Of a stretch of 64,000 bases of DNA, positions 12,290 through 24,600 are shown in pieces (positions within the stretch are counted from its first letter, which is position 1; each line of letters opens with the position of its first letter). A program made the translations under genes and the position numbers. Source of the DNA: Monocercomonoides exilis PA203 (Eukaryota > Protista > Preaxostyla); assembly GCA_001643675.2 (NCBI GenBank), contig LSRY02000020.1:186001-250000 (forward strand), read 5' to 3'. The notes beneath the pieces were generated by a model. It was not told the DNA's origin. It was given only the letters and a program-made list of their open reading frames with translations, and did not search any database.

Positions 12290-14627
12290 TTATTGCTTCT
12301 TGTTCCTGCACTCAGCAAACAGCTTTGCCATCTTGTCCATGTCGCCCTGCTCGATCCCTGTGTCTTTCTGCCACTCCTCTGCCACCCCCAGGAAATACTC
12401 CCCTTTCTCTGCAAAGTGCCCCACAATCACATCTGCAAACTCCGTCTCGCCCTTCAGCGCCTTCTCTATCTGGTCGATGACCGCCAGCTTCACGTTCTCC
12501 TGCACCGCCCCACCACAGCCAATCAATCCAAAACAAATAAAATAAATAAATAAAAATAAATAAGATCCATGAATGTGAAATAAACTCCAAGGCAGCCAAG
12601 CTGACAAAGCACACCTTCCGCACATTTGTGTTGTAGCTCCGCGAGCTCGCCTTCCCCTGCGGCGTCCCGATCTGCCGCTCGTACCCCGGCTCGTTGAAGT
12701 ACGGCTCGTCCACCAGGATCAGCGCCTGGATCGAGATCAGCACCTGCAGCAGCGTCGACAGCTTCGCGTTCCACGACTCCCCCGCGTTCCCGCTCCACGT
12801 CCCCAGCAGCGACAGGCACACCTTCCCGTTCGAGTACAAGTTCGGGTTGAACCGGAACCGCCCACCCCCCGTCGTCACCAGCAGCACCGACGGCGGGCTG
12901 TTCGGGTAGTTCTGCGGGAACATTCTGCCAGTCCCCAAATAATCAAACAAACAATCAAACAAACAATAAAAAAATAATTAATTGATTGATTGATTAATAA
13001 GAGCAAGAGCCGCACACATGTCAAACTCATACAGCCCGCACTCGTACGGCGTGCCCTTCGGCCCGCTGATCAGCGCCTTCACCAGCTGCGTGGACGACGT
13101 GTCCACCACCACAAACACCGACGAGTGCAGCGTCAGCGGCAGCGACGTCGAGATCGTCGACAGCTCCTGCATGATCCGCTTCACATTCGGCATCGCACTC
13201 TGCCCATTCAGCCGCGACGCCATGCAGTGCCGCCTCCGGAACACCTCCGAGTCTCCTGTCACTTTGAACTGCATCCCCCGCATCCGCTCCACATACCGCC
13301 TCTCTGCCGCCCCTTCCAGCTCTCCTGCCGACAACGATGAAGATGAAGAAGAAGATGATGATGAGGCTGAAGTGGCTGGAGATGATGCTGGAGATGGAGA
13401 TGGCGATGTTGAAGATGTTGATGAGGAGGAGGAGGAGGAGGAGGAGAGGATGAGGCAGAAGCAGGAGAAGGCGAGGTTGAAGGCGTTGTGGATGAAGAGG
13501 CAGCTTCGCTGTCCCCCTCAGACACTCCGCCCTCTGCCGTCTCTCCCACCCCAAGCGCCTTCTTCTTTTCTTCCACCAGCACGAACAGCTCAGAGATGCT
13601 GTTTGCAAGCAGAAACGAGCAGTCGTCGTCCTTCACCTCTGCCTCTCCCTGCGCTTGCTTCTTTGCTTTCTCAACAAAAGAGAATTTCGATGATGACGAA
13701 GATGACGAAGATGATGATGATGATGATGATGACGGTGACGATGATGAGCAGCTCGCTTCAACACCAAAAAACCCTCCTGACGAGAGCTTGCTCAGCTCCA
13801 GAAAGGTCTGGGCGCTCGAATACGCCCCCTTCAGCCGCTTGTACACTGACGTCTCCTGGCTCTTCACCTCCTCAAACAGCAGCCGCGCCAGCCTGTCCTC
13901 TGCGCACAGCATGTACAGCAGCTCCACACACGACAGATACACCATCGAGTGCCGCGTCATCGAGTTGAACGAGCTGTCCACCAGGATCGTGCACAGGATC
14001 TCTGCCACATGCGACCCCGCCAGCACCTCCGCTGCCTTCCCGTAGTCCTCCGCCCGCAGCCCCTGCAGCGCCCCGTTCAGCTTGTTCAGCGCCTCAAACC
14101 GCTTCCTCATCTGCTCCTCCTCCTTCTTCGTGTGGCTCTCAATTGCTGCCCAGTCCCGCGTCCCCATCGACCCAAACCCGTATCCCGTCCCTTTAGCCAC
14201 CCAAATCAGCAGCAAACATAGAAGAAAGTGATAAAAGAAAAAAGAAAGAAAGTTCATCTTTCAAGCCAAAAACAACCAGAAAGCGCAAAAAATCACACCC
14301 TTCGACCAATACGTCGCTGTGGCACCCGCGCAGCACGCACATCAGCAAAGCAGAGCCGCAAAGGCAGGCCACAAAGAAGAAACACAAAAATGGAAAATAT
14401 GCAAAAAAAGTGCAAAAAAATAAAAAGAGAGAGCAAGAAAAAGCGAAATTACTTGTGCTTTGTCCGGCTGCCTGCGCCGCCTTCTTGGGGGACGCCTCGC
14501 GCGCATAAAACTCAGGGTATACCTGCTTTTCCAAAATGTCCTCGATTTGCGTCACAATTGCAGTTGACATGTGGTGCTTGCGAATTAAATAATTATGGAT
14601 GGCCCTCACGATATCGTTATGGTTCAT
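12290..14627 (-). CDS. BIRC6-type ubiquitin-conjugating enzyme (E2) without BIR domain (copy 1; 1-nt frameshift in a GAG repeat at ~13446)
   Basis: Mirror of the 43754-46092 gene; UBC motifs [40 protein letters not shown]. Confidence 0.88.
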
Positions 14628-15699
14628 CCTTGTTTTGGGTTTTTTTCTCACTTATTTCGAAATGACAATGATCACAAAATATTGATGAAAGAGGCGTTTT
14701 GCGTTATTTTCCTTCACAAAAAGCTGTTTTATTTGTTTCAGTATTTTCATATGAAGATTGTTTCTTTTTTTTTATTGTGATAATTATTAATGAACATTTT
14801 TCAGTCTGGAAAAACCAAAATATGGAAAAAGAAAAATGAAGAACAACAATGGATCAATAATGAACTTTTTTATCTCAAATTTTCCAACTTTTCTCAACAA
14901 AACATATTTTTCTTTTGGTTTCACTTTTAAAACCTGATGTAAAACTTAATGAAAGAATGTGATAAAAGAAGAAATACATTTTAAATTTGAACAATGAAAA
15001 CCTGAATGATGCATGGTAATGAATAACTTTCAAAAAATATGTTTGAGAAATGTTTTTTTTTTTCAATGAATTTTTTCTTTTCGATTGTCAATTATTTATT
15101 TAAATCTCTTTCTCCAGAATAGTATTCATGAATGGCTTCCTGGTGGCACCGACACTGGATCGTCAAAGCCACAAATAATATTAGTTGGCTGCTATGTTCT
15201 AATTGCATTTCTTTGTTTTTTTCTCTTCAAATGTCTGAAATGGTAGTTTGTGCATTTTACACTTCCTTTTTCATTTCATTTGAGTAAAATATGTGTGTAT
15301 TATCTGAATCAAGAAGGCAATATTTTTTATCACAAACTATAAAAAAAGTAATAAGAAGAAAACGAGAGAATTAAACGAAGAGAAAGTATCTCAAGAATTG
15401 TTCTTTTAGTTGCAGTATTGACATTTTTTTGTGTAAGAAATTGATAATATACACATATTCTTCTTTCTCAACTTTCAATAATTACCTTTCCTTGAGATTT
15501 TTCGTTCAATAACTAAAAACCCTAAAAAAGTTAGTATGTTAGTATTATTGTTGAAATGAAAAAGTTCAACCCACAAAAATGAAGTGACTTCTCTTTCCTT
15601 CGTGAGGAAACAAAAATCAAGAACCCAAGCTAACACATAACCCTCCAACACCTTGATTTCTTCATTCATTATCGTTTTCTTCCAAATATCCACTTTTTT

Positions 15700-18600
15700 T
15701 CATTTTTTCTCTGCTATTTCACTTCCACTCACATTCTCATTCCCACTTCCACATCTGCCGCTGTCTTCTAATCCGATTGCATCCGAAACAGTGAAAGTCG
15801 TCATGCTTGCCGGACAGTATCGGATGAATTCTCGCTTCAGATCTCTCAGTCGCGGGCGGTTTTCTGCCTCAAACTGTAGCATGCTGCATACTGAATCTCG
15901 CAACTGGCTGTTCTCAACAACTCCCATGTTTGGCAGTCTTCTTTCTTTGATCATCCACCCAGCCATCTCTGCCTCAAATTCCCCAAACGGCACCTTCAGC
16001 GTCAAACACTCCCAAAGCATCATCCCAATCGAAAACACAGCTGTTTTCTTTGTTGCTCCCTTATTATTATTCATCAACAATTCGGGTGCCTTCCACCTCA
16101 TGCACTCTTTCCTGTTGTCTTCCTCATCTTCAAAGGCAGATGAAGGAGGTGAATTTCTGTTATAGTTATTCACAACCGAGCAATCAGATGAAGATGTGAT
16201 TATCGTTGAGGCTGACGAAATAGATGAAGAATCTGAATCTGATGAAAAGTCGGAATGCATCGCAACGCAGATGACCATGTGTTCGGAGAACAGTACAATG
16301 AGAGGACTCAGATTGGTAAGAGAAGAAAGAGGGTTTTCCATCTCGTCAAAGGAGTGGAGCGCCAGATTAGCCACCCAGAACAGGATTTGAGCAGCTGTCT
16401 GTTCCCTCTCCTCCAAAGTTCCTATTGCCATTTCCTTCTTCTCATTCCTTCCATGAAGCAGCATGAACAGCGAATCCCTCAAGTCCACAATCAGCTTTTC
16501 GTGAGGCACCGAACATGCCATTGCATCCACCAGATTCGACATGGATGAAGTGGTTGGACACAGATCCTCCCCACGAACAAATGTTGTGTCTGTGTCTGAA
16601 GTGTCTGTGGTAGAAGTGGATGAGACGGATGGAGATGAAGTTCTTTTCCTCGTCTCTTCCTCTTCTTCAACCTTCTCTAATGCCCATTCAGGAATCTTGT
16701 CTGAATCTTTCCCCAGAATATATTCAGTAGATCCACTCTCACTCAACAAATGCTCTGATGACTCTGAATGTTCCATATTCATCTCATATATTCTCTTCTT
16801 TGCTCTCTCTTCATTTTTCTTCTCGGCCTCCCTCTCTGCTCTCCTCCACTGCTCCTCAGGTGACATCTCCATCGTTACCATCTCAAACGCCTTTGGATCT
16901 TTTCTTATGTTATCATTCACTATCTCCCTCAAATCTTTGTTTTCATTCTTTGCTTTTTTCCATCTAGCAATAAAAGAAACAGCAACAAGAAGAACGATCA
17001 CGAACAGAACAACAAATATCACAGCAATTATCACAGCCCATGATGATTTTCCTTCTTTCCCTCCTTCAACAATCCTTTCATCTCCATTTGCTTTTAGCTC
17101 GCTTCTATTCTTCAGAATGAATTCTGTTGTTGACGAAGGAGAATCTGCTTTTCCAAATAGAATGCTCACACTCACTTCTGTTTGTTCTTCCTCCCATCCA
17201 GCTCCAGAAAGTTCGATTGACGAATGGACTTCGTTCTCTGATACAAAATTGTTTTCTCCAAATTCTCCCCTCATAATCTCTTTTTCATCCCCTCTTGTGA
17301 ATGTGAGTAGCATCCCCAGGTTACACGGCATCAGAAGCTGCCCTTCAAACACAACATTCACCTTCTTTCCGTCTTTCACTGCTTCCACATTCCTCAAAAC
17401 AGGAATGAAAAATGGCGATGCCCTCTCTGCCGCCAGCCCACCAAGTTTGCAGCCATTGTCAGACGAAATCCACATCGAAGTGTTCTCTTTCAGCCCGTCT
17501 CCCCCTTTCAAACTTTCAATCTCCAATGATGCGCTGCCAAAGCACAGAACATTCCTTCTCGCCGATTCATAGTTTCTGATTCCTGCGCTGTTGTTCACAA
17601 ACTCCCCCTTTTCCAACCTTGCCTTCCCACCTTCAACGCTCAATCCCCCCATTTTCATATCTGAAATCCTTGTATCCTTCAGCGTTACTGTGCTGTTCAC
17701 AAGCATCACAGCAGATCCATTCCATCTGCAGATCCATTCCTGGATATCCCTGAATTCAGCATTGCCATTTGCAGTCGAGTCAATGTCTGTTCCTGAAAAT
17801 GCACAAACATCCATCGTGACATTTCTGCATGCATCCAACAAGGTTACACTCCCTTTCTTGCTTTGAAGCGTGCATTTTGAAACAGAGCAGTTGCACAGCC
17901 TCAGAGGCATTTCACATGTCTTTGAAGCAATAATCCCACCTTCTGCCGAGGGGCATGTCACATTCTCAAAGACTGACGATGCAAGCTCAAAACCCTGGTT
18001 TTCTAAATTACCCTCAACTCCTGAATTCTGCTGGGTTATTGATACTGCTGAATTCTCCAATCTCACGTTCGATAAATGCAAAAAATGGAATGTCGCTGAA
18101 ATGCTTCCCACTTTAATCAGCAGAGAAGGCGATCCCAGTTCCAGACTCATAATCTTGAGGAAAGACACAACAATCGATGCTGTTTCTGCACAAATGAGGG
18201 TGAATGGGATGATGCCAAATGATTCATCCGCAGCAGCAGCATTCGTTGAGGACTGACCAACAGAATGTGCAGCGAAACTGCAAGATGCGATTGAGAGGCT
18301 CCCATTTTGTGCTTCAAGAAAAACAAAATGCTCCGATGCAAACACTGCAGGAAACACAAATTGGACGCCTGTGAATCCCACCTTTCCTGCGGTGATGCCA
18401 ACCGAAGAGCGCGTGCAATTCATTCCTGATGCCACATCAACGCTACAAATCGTGCCCTCTGCTGCGCCCACCTGAACTGAATCAAAGTCTGCCTCGCCGC
18501 AAAGTCCTGATGCTGTGTGCACAAGGAGCATCCTCGCATATCTCCCTGAAACATGCGCCAGCCCATATTCCACAGAAAGGCACGGAAGATCAAAGGTCCC

Positions 18601-21600
18601 ACACTGCCGCTCGTTGCTTCCGTTGCTGCCAGCCGCAGAACTCACAAGAATCGTGCTCGACTGGAATATGCTGATGAAGTTCATCAGATCAACAGGATCT
18701 CGGTGAACAAGATCGATCCCAAAGATGGCATTCACCACATTGAACCCGCCTCCATTCACATCAATCTGGAACAGCGTCTCGTTGATCTGCGTCTCAATCG
18801 ACTCACAACGGATGAAAATATCGTTCCCAACTTTCGCTGTGTTGGCTTTGAGCGTCATTCGCGAAAATAGCATCTCAAGTGCTCCATTCACCCAGCTCTC
18901 CACATACACCCCGCCTCCTCGGCCACGCTCCATCGAGCATCCACACTGAATAATGCTGCTGTCGCGCATGCTCATGCTCCCGCCTTCCTGCAGCAGAAAC
19001 AGCATCGCTACCCCCTTCTCTCCTGCACCCACTCGGCATCCTTCAAACCGCGTTCCATTCACTTGCAGTCGCGTGCACTCAGCGTCACCGTGCACACCAG
19101 AGCCTGTGCCTGTGCACTCAACAACAGCACTCCCATTCCCTTCTCTTGTCACTGTGATAAATGACGAGTTCTTCACACGCACTGTTGTGCAAATCACTAC
19201 ATTTCCATATCTGGCACTCATCTCCTGACTCTGCATGTGACTTTGATGTTGTCCATCCAAACTGCTCGAAAAACTGAACAAGCAGACATCCTCAAGCTCC
19301 ACATGCTCTGCAATCAGCCCATCAACATCGCACATGCACCCTCCATGCACAGCAACCACAGCTCTGGATGAATGAACATTTCTCATTTCATGATCTTTCA
19401 TAGTCACCCCTCCGCTCTTCACAGCCACAAACCCCGCATCGTTCGCCTCATCTACACCCACCCGCGTCTCAAATATGCACCCTAAAAACATCAAATCTCC
19501 GCTCTCGCTTGCCACCACTGCTCCTTCTCTGTTCCCAAACACCCCTCTGATCGAGATGCACACATTCGACATGTTCAGGGTTCTGCGGTTTAAAAGCAAC
19601 GCAGAGTCAGATCCATCCCCTTCTCCTTCACAAGCAATTCTTGACACTTGGCGCTCGCCAGTCGAGCCAGATTCTGATGCGATGGAAAAATCAGAGACAT
19701 CAAAGGAGTTGCGCAACAAAGCAGATTCTTCAATAAACAGCATGTGCGTTATGTTCACGCTGCTCGGACTGAACTGCTGCATCGCCTTCCAGAATGTGCA
19801 GCATGGCAGTGTAGTGCTTCCACATCTTGCAACATCAACTCCAGCTTCCGAAACTGCAACTTCCATTCCTTCATATCCAACAAGGAATATCAGCAGATCA
19901 ACTTGACCCAGCAAGCTGTCTCGGCCAATAAACATGTTTTCATCTTCCATGGCTGATCTGAAGTCGAAGCTGAATGCATCTCTTGTCACCGATTTGTTGA
20001 GGTCAGCTCCACAAATATACATGTTCTTCCCCTGTTTTGCGTTGTTTTCACTCATGATCATTTCTATAAACGTGAAGAGGCACTCATTCGAAGAATCAGC
20101 ACAATCAAGAAACAACCCTCCTCCATTCCCTTCAGTCGCAGAACACGAGCATCCTTGTATGGTTGTATTATCCATCTTCAATGAAAAGCTCATCCCCAAT
20201 CCCAATCGCAATGCTCCACCTTTAGAAGATCCTGGTGTTGAGAGTCCTGCAAATGTGCAATTTGAAAAGGTCAATGCTCCATTCAGGTGAAAGGGAACAT
20301 TCATAAAACTGACAGTTCTCATTGAGAATCCCTCAACTTGAACTACCCCACCATCAGCATGCACAGTACTAAACTCCACTGCCTCAGATGCCTCGCAAGC
20401 AAATGAACAGTTGAGTACATGCAGCTGAGAATGTTCGCCGCTCGATCCAATCAGTGCATTTCTCGGGGCTTCAAACCTGCAGGGAATCACGAAGCTGATA
20501 CGACACAGTTTCAGCGCATTTTCATTCACAATAACAGCTGACATATGGCCAGCTGGGATCGATGATTGGACTGCAATCTCTGCCCATTCAGACTCATTCT
20601 TTGAACAGATATCAAAGTTCGACAGATTGTACTCATCCTCGATCGATGCTCTTCCCTCAATGGCAAGCTCCCTTTCCGAGCTGGCTGGATCTGTGTTCGA
20701 AACGGCTCGCCAGAAGGAGCAACAAGGGAACGCATCATCCCCACATCCAAGGATGTCAAGCCCAGTGCGAGACGAGATGCAGATCCGAGTGCTGACAAGC
20801 TGAATAAGAAACATATTCAGACTAACTTCATTCCCATCCAAAATCGTACGATCCCATCCCCACATATCAGCCGAGCCGTCTGCTTTGTCTCCGCACACTC
20901 CCTCTAATCGCGCTGGAGCCACTGTCTTATTCAAGCTCTTGCACTCAACAAACAGATCTCGTCCCAATTCGGCCACATTTTCCGCAAACGAAATGGATTT
21001 CAGCAAGTAATCTCCGGCAAAATCATCCTCAAACGCAAACATTATTCCCCCACCTTTTCCTCCATTTGTTTCATTCCCTGAATGTGCCTCACACCCCTTG
21101 ATCTTTGCGTCTTCAATGTGCACGCAGCCTTCTTGTGACAATCCAGCACTCAGCCACCCTCCATTTCCTATGCTGCAAGTGCATCGACAAAATGCACATT
21201 CATTTGTAACATCCAATCTACATTCGCCTTCCATGTGCACAACTCCTCCGTCGATCGTGCTGCAATCTTCCATCGTGCTGTTCTCAATCAATAAATGAGC
21301 TGTGCCCACAACGCTCACCAAACCACTCCCAGCACCACTCACAAAAGAAACATTCGTATCAACCACCGCAACTTCTCCACTCCCCTCCACACTGAGAATT
21401 CCTCTTCCCTCTCCATAATCCATTTGTTTCACTTCCACATGATTCAGTTCAAGCTCTCCTCCAATGCACAATGCAATCCACATCCCGCATTCTGCGCTTT
21501 CCAACTCCTGCCCTTCCGCTTGCCCAAATGTGCATGACACAAAATACGCCTTTCCATATCTCACCAGAAGAAACTCTCTGTGTGCTGAAGGAGGTGGAGG

Positions 21601-24600
21601 AAGTCTGAATACGATTCGCTCAATCGTAAGCACAATCTCTGGCATGTCTGCAGCAAGTGCAATATGCCCTGTGGAACTGACATTTAGTGCTGAAGTGGCT
21701 CCTGCTCCATCGCCTCCTCGGATCGTCAGTGGCGCTTCATTCCGCTCGATCTCCATAACTAGCTCAGTTCCATGCATAATCTGCAAAACATCCTTCTCTG
21801 TCCCCAGACACCCATATCCCACTCCCAGCTCGTTGCATGGATAGTCTTCCTCTCCACACGACTCATTGTAGCCATGCTCCGTATTCACAAAAATGATATT
21901 GTCCTTTGTCGGAAACAGGTATTTCAGCAGAGTCGCATTCACAAGCGGTGGCTCCTCATTGTCCATCACCCACATCGTCTTGTTTTCTTGCCCTTCCACT
22001 GCCGATCCCGCCCACCGATTCCGATCAATCGTTATGCGAGGCGTCGGACACACCACAAACACATCCGATCCCAGTCCTGCCTCGTTTCCTGAAAAGTGCA
22101 CATTCCTCATCGAGTAGCTCGCTCCAGACGAATCAAATTGCAAGAAGAAGCCTCCTCCACAGCTCGCCTCTCCAACGAGAGTGCTATGCTCCACGCTGTT
22201 ATTCTCACACACAACAACCCCATCGGCTGCTGCTCGCATCTTCATGCTCCCTCCCTTTCCACCTGCTTCCAAGCATGCAACACCACTCAATCGGCACCCC
22301 TTCATCTCCAGCGTCGATCCTCCGCTCACATCTCCTGCCGCCACACCTCCATCCCCAGCTCTCCTCACAAGCTCTGTAAAGTTGCTGTTTTCCACCCTTG
22401 CGCTTGATGCTTCCGAAATAGCAATTACACAGTGGTTGCCTGTTGTGGCTGCTCCCACTGACGAGTTCTGCACATCGCCACTGCATCCTCCACTCAGCAC
22501 AACAAGCCCTATCGTGCACTCTGAACTCACCCCACTCAGAGTCACATTGTCGAGCACAATCCTTGCATTGACTCCTCTTCCTTCCACCACAGGCACAGCT
22601 CCCATCCCAACATCCTGAATACTGAATGTTGAAAGTGATGCTGTGCCACTTGTTGCCTTCAAGAACGAATATGATATCCTTCCATCCCTTGCTCTGCTCG
22701 CTGAACATTCATCCACTGCAAGCGTACCACTGCTGCACAACATGAAACAGCAACGACTAACCTCCACAAAGCTTGCTGGAAGAACAAACTCCATTTCCCG
22801 AAAAGTCGTGTTGTGCTTCGACTCCACAACACTCTCGCCTTCCCCACTTCCATCTGGCGAAACATTAATTGTTCCACCTGAACCATCAGTACTCGCAACA
22901 ATCACAACATCCTGACCGCCACCAAACACGATGCGTTCTTGGAATTCAAATGAACTTGTGAGCACAATTGAAGCTGTCTCTTCCCCAAACCTCGCAGATG
23001 CTGCAAACAGAACACTCACACACGGATATTGTGCAACACCACACATCCGATAGTCTGCTGCGCCTGTTCCTGCATCTGTTCCTGCCACGCGTGCAAGCCC
23101 ATCAAAATCCATCAGAAACACTGCCAGAGGAATCCCATATGACTCATTTCCTCCTTCAAACCCATTCAGCTTCTCAAACGTGCTGTTCGACTCCACATCA
23201 ACCTCAAACCCAAATGTCTCTGTCTTCACTATTTTGCTCAGATCATCCCCCTCCACAAACATGTTCTTTCCCAGCCATTCAGCTCTGTTCGCTTGAACAC
23301 CTGCACCAAACAGCATTTCTGTAAATGCAACATTCTCCGCACTTCCCATGCATTTCATATGCACCGCCCCTCCAAGTCCATTCCCATTCCCGTTCCCGTT
23401 CCCATTTACAATCCTAACAGCTCTGTATTCAGCTCCTTCTTTGCTTTCTCTTTGGCTCCCTATCCCTGCTCGGCACAAACAAAATGCAGATTTTGTCTCG
23501 GTCCCTCCACCAATTTTCACGTGTGCACAATCTCCAACAATTATCGACAATGCTCCTCCACATCCATCCACTGCAGCTGCTTCACTCACTGTAATGTTCG
23601 ATATCTCCACAACCGAAGATGCATCCTCGGCATCACACAGAATCACACTTTCATTCCCCATCCCTCGAGTCACCTTCCAAAATGTGCTGTTTTCCACAAC
23701 CAGAGACGATCCATTCGCATCCTCAATCACAGAGCAGCTGCTGCACCCCACATTCTCAACCACCACACCTCCCATACTCATTGATCCACTCGATGAATAC
23801 TCAAATGCACTTCTCTCAGATGTCCACTCACAATTGTTCACAACGCATCCATTCACCACACACACCCCTGTTCCACACACACAGATCAGCCCAAAATGCT
23901 CCGCTTTCAGCGATTCTGCCAAAAATTCAACCAATTCCAGCTTCCCTTTTTCCACAACACAAAACTCGCTTCTTACTTCTGCTTCTGCGCCACTTGAAGC
24001 TGAAGTGCTCATGCACACTCCACATCCGCTCATTCTGCACATTCCACCATCTGAGGAAACCACAAACAATCCTTTCTCTGGCGGACGCATACAGCAGTCT
24101 ACCGCAAACCTCACATTGCATATTCTCACATCCTGCTCAATACCAACATATGCCTCAACTGCGCTTCCATCTCCCAGCATCCTCATTGTGCTTAGCGAGG
24201 ATGAATCCGAAGATTGTGACTCTGAGCCAATTTGGCAGCCAAAAGAATCTCTCAGATGAAGATACTCGCAAAGGTCAAACTCTGCTGGAAGCAGAATCGA
24301 CTTCTCAGCTGGCTGCAACGTCAGTCCAAACGAAATCGTCTTGCAGGGATATTCAGCAAACCCACAAACAGACACATCCTCTCCACCGCCTGCCACGCTC
24401 ACATCCTGCTCCCGTTCCATCAAATAGAACACAAGTGGAATAACCACATTCTCCCAGCGACTGTCTGCCCCACACGCAGCTTCTCGTGAGAATGGCTGGT
24501 TCTTGTCGAAGAACTGGAAGCTGCTCGTCGTGACAGCCAAATCCAATTTAGGTGCTTCCACAAACACATTATTCCCAAACTTCGCTGAATTGGAAGTGAA

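Larger units (their letters stand above)
2367..14740 (+). repeat. Left arm of ~12.4-kb inverted segmental duplication
   Basis: Reverse complement of 43641-56015. Mirrored ORFs have coordinate sums 58381-58386 throughout (2595/55787, 5538/52845, 12075/46311, 14665/43716). Confidence 0.98.

Noticed and set aside
4858-14221. Many long antisense or alternative-frame ORFs over the GC-rich genes (e.g. 7254-8615 -, 10659-11600 -, and mirrors)
   Set aside because: Shadows of strong codon bias and skew; no recognisable motifs; fully overlap well-supported genes.
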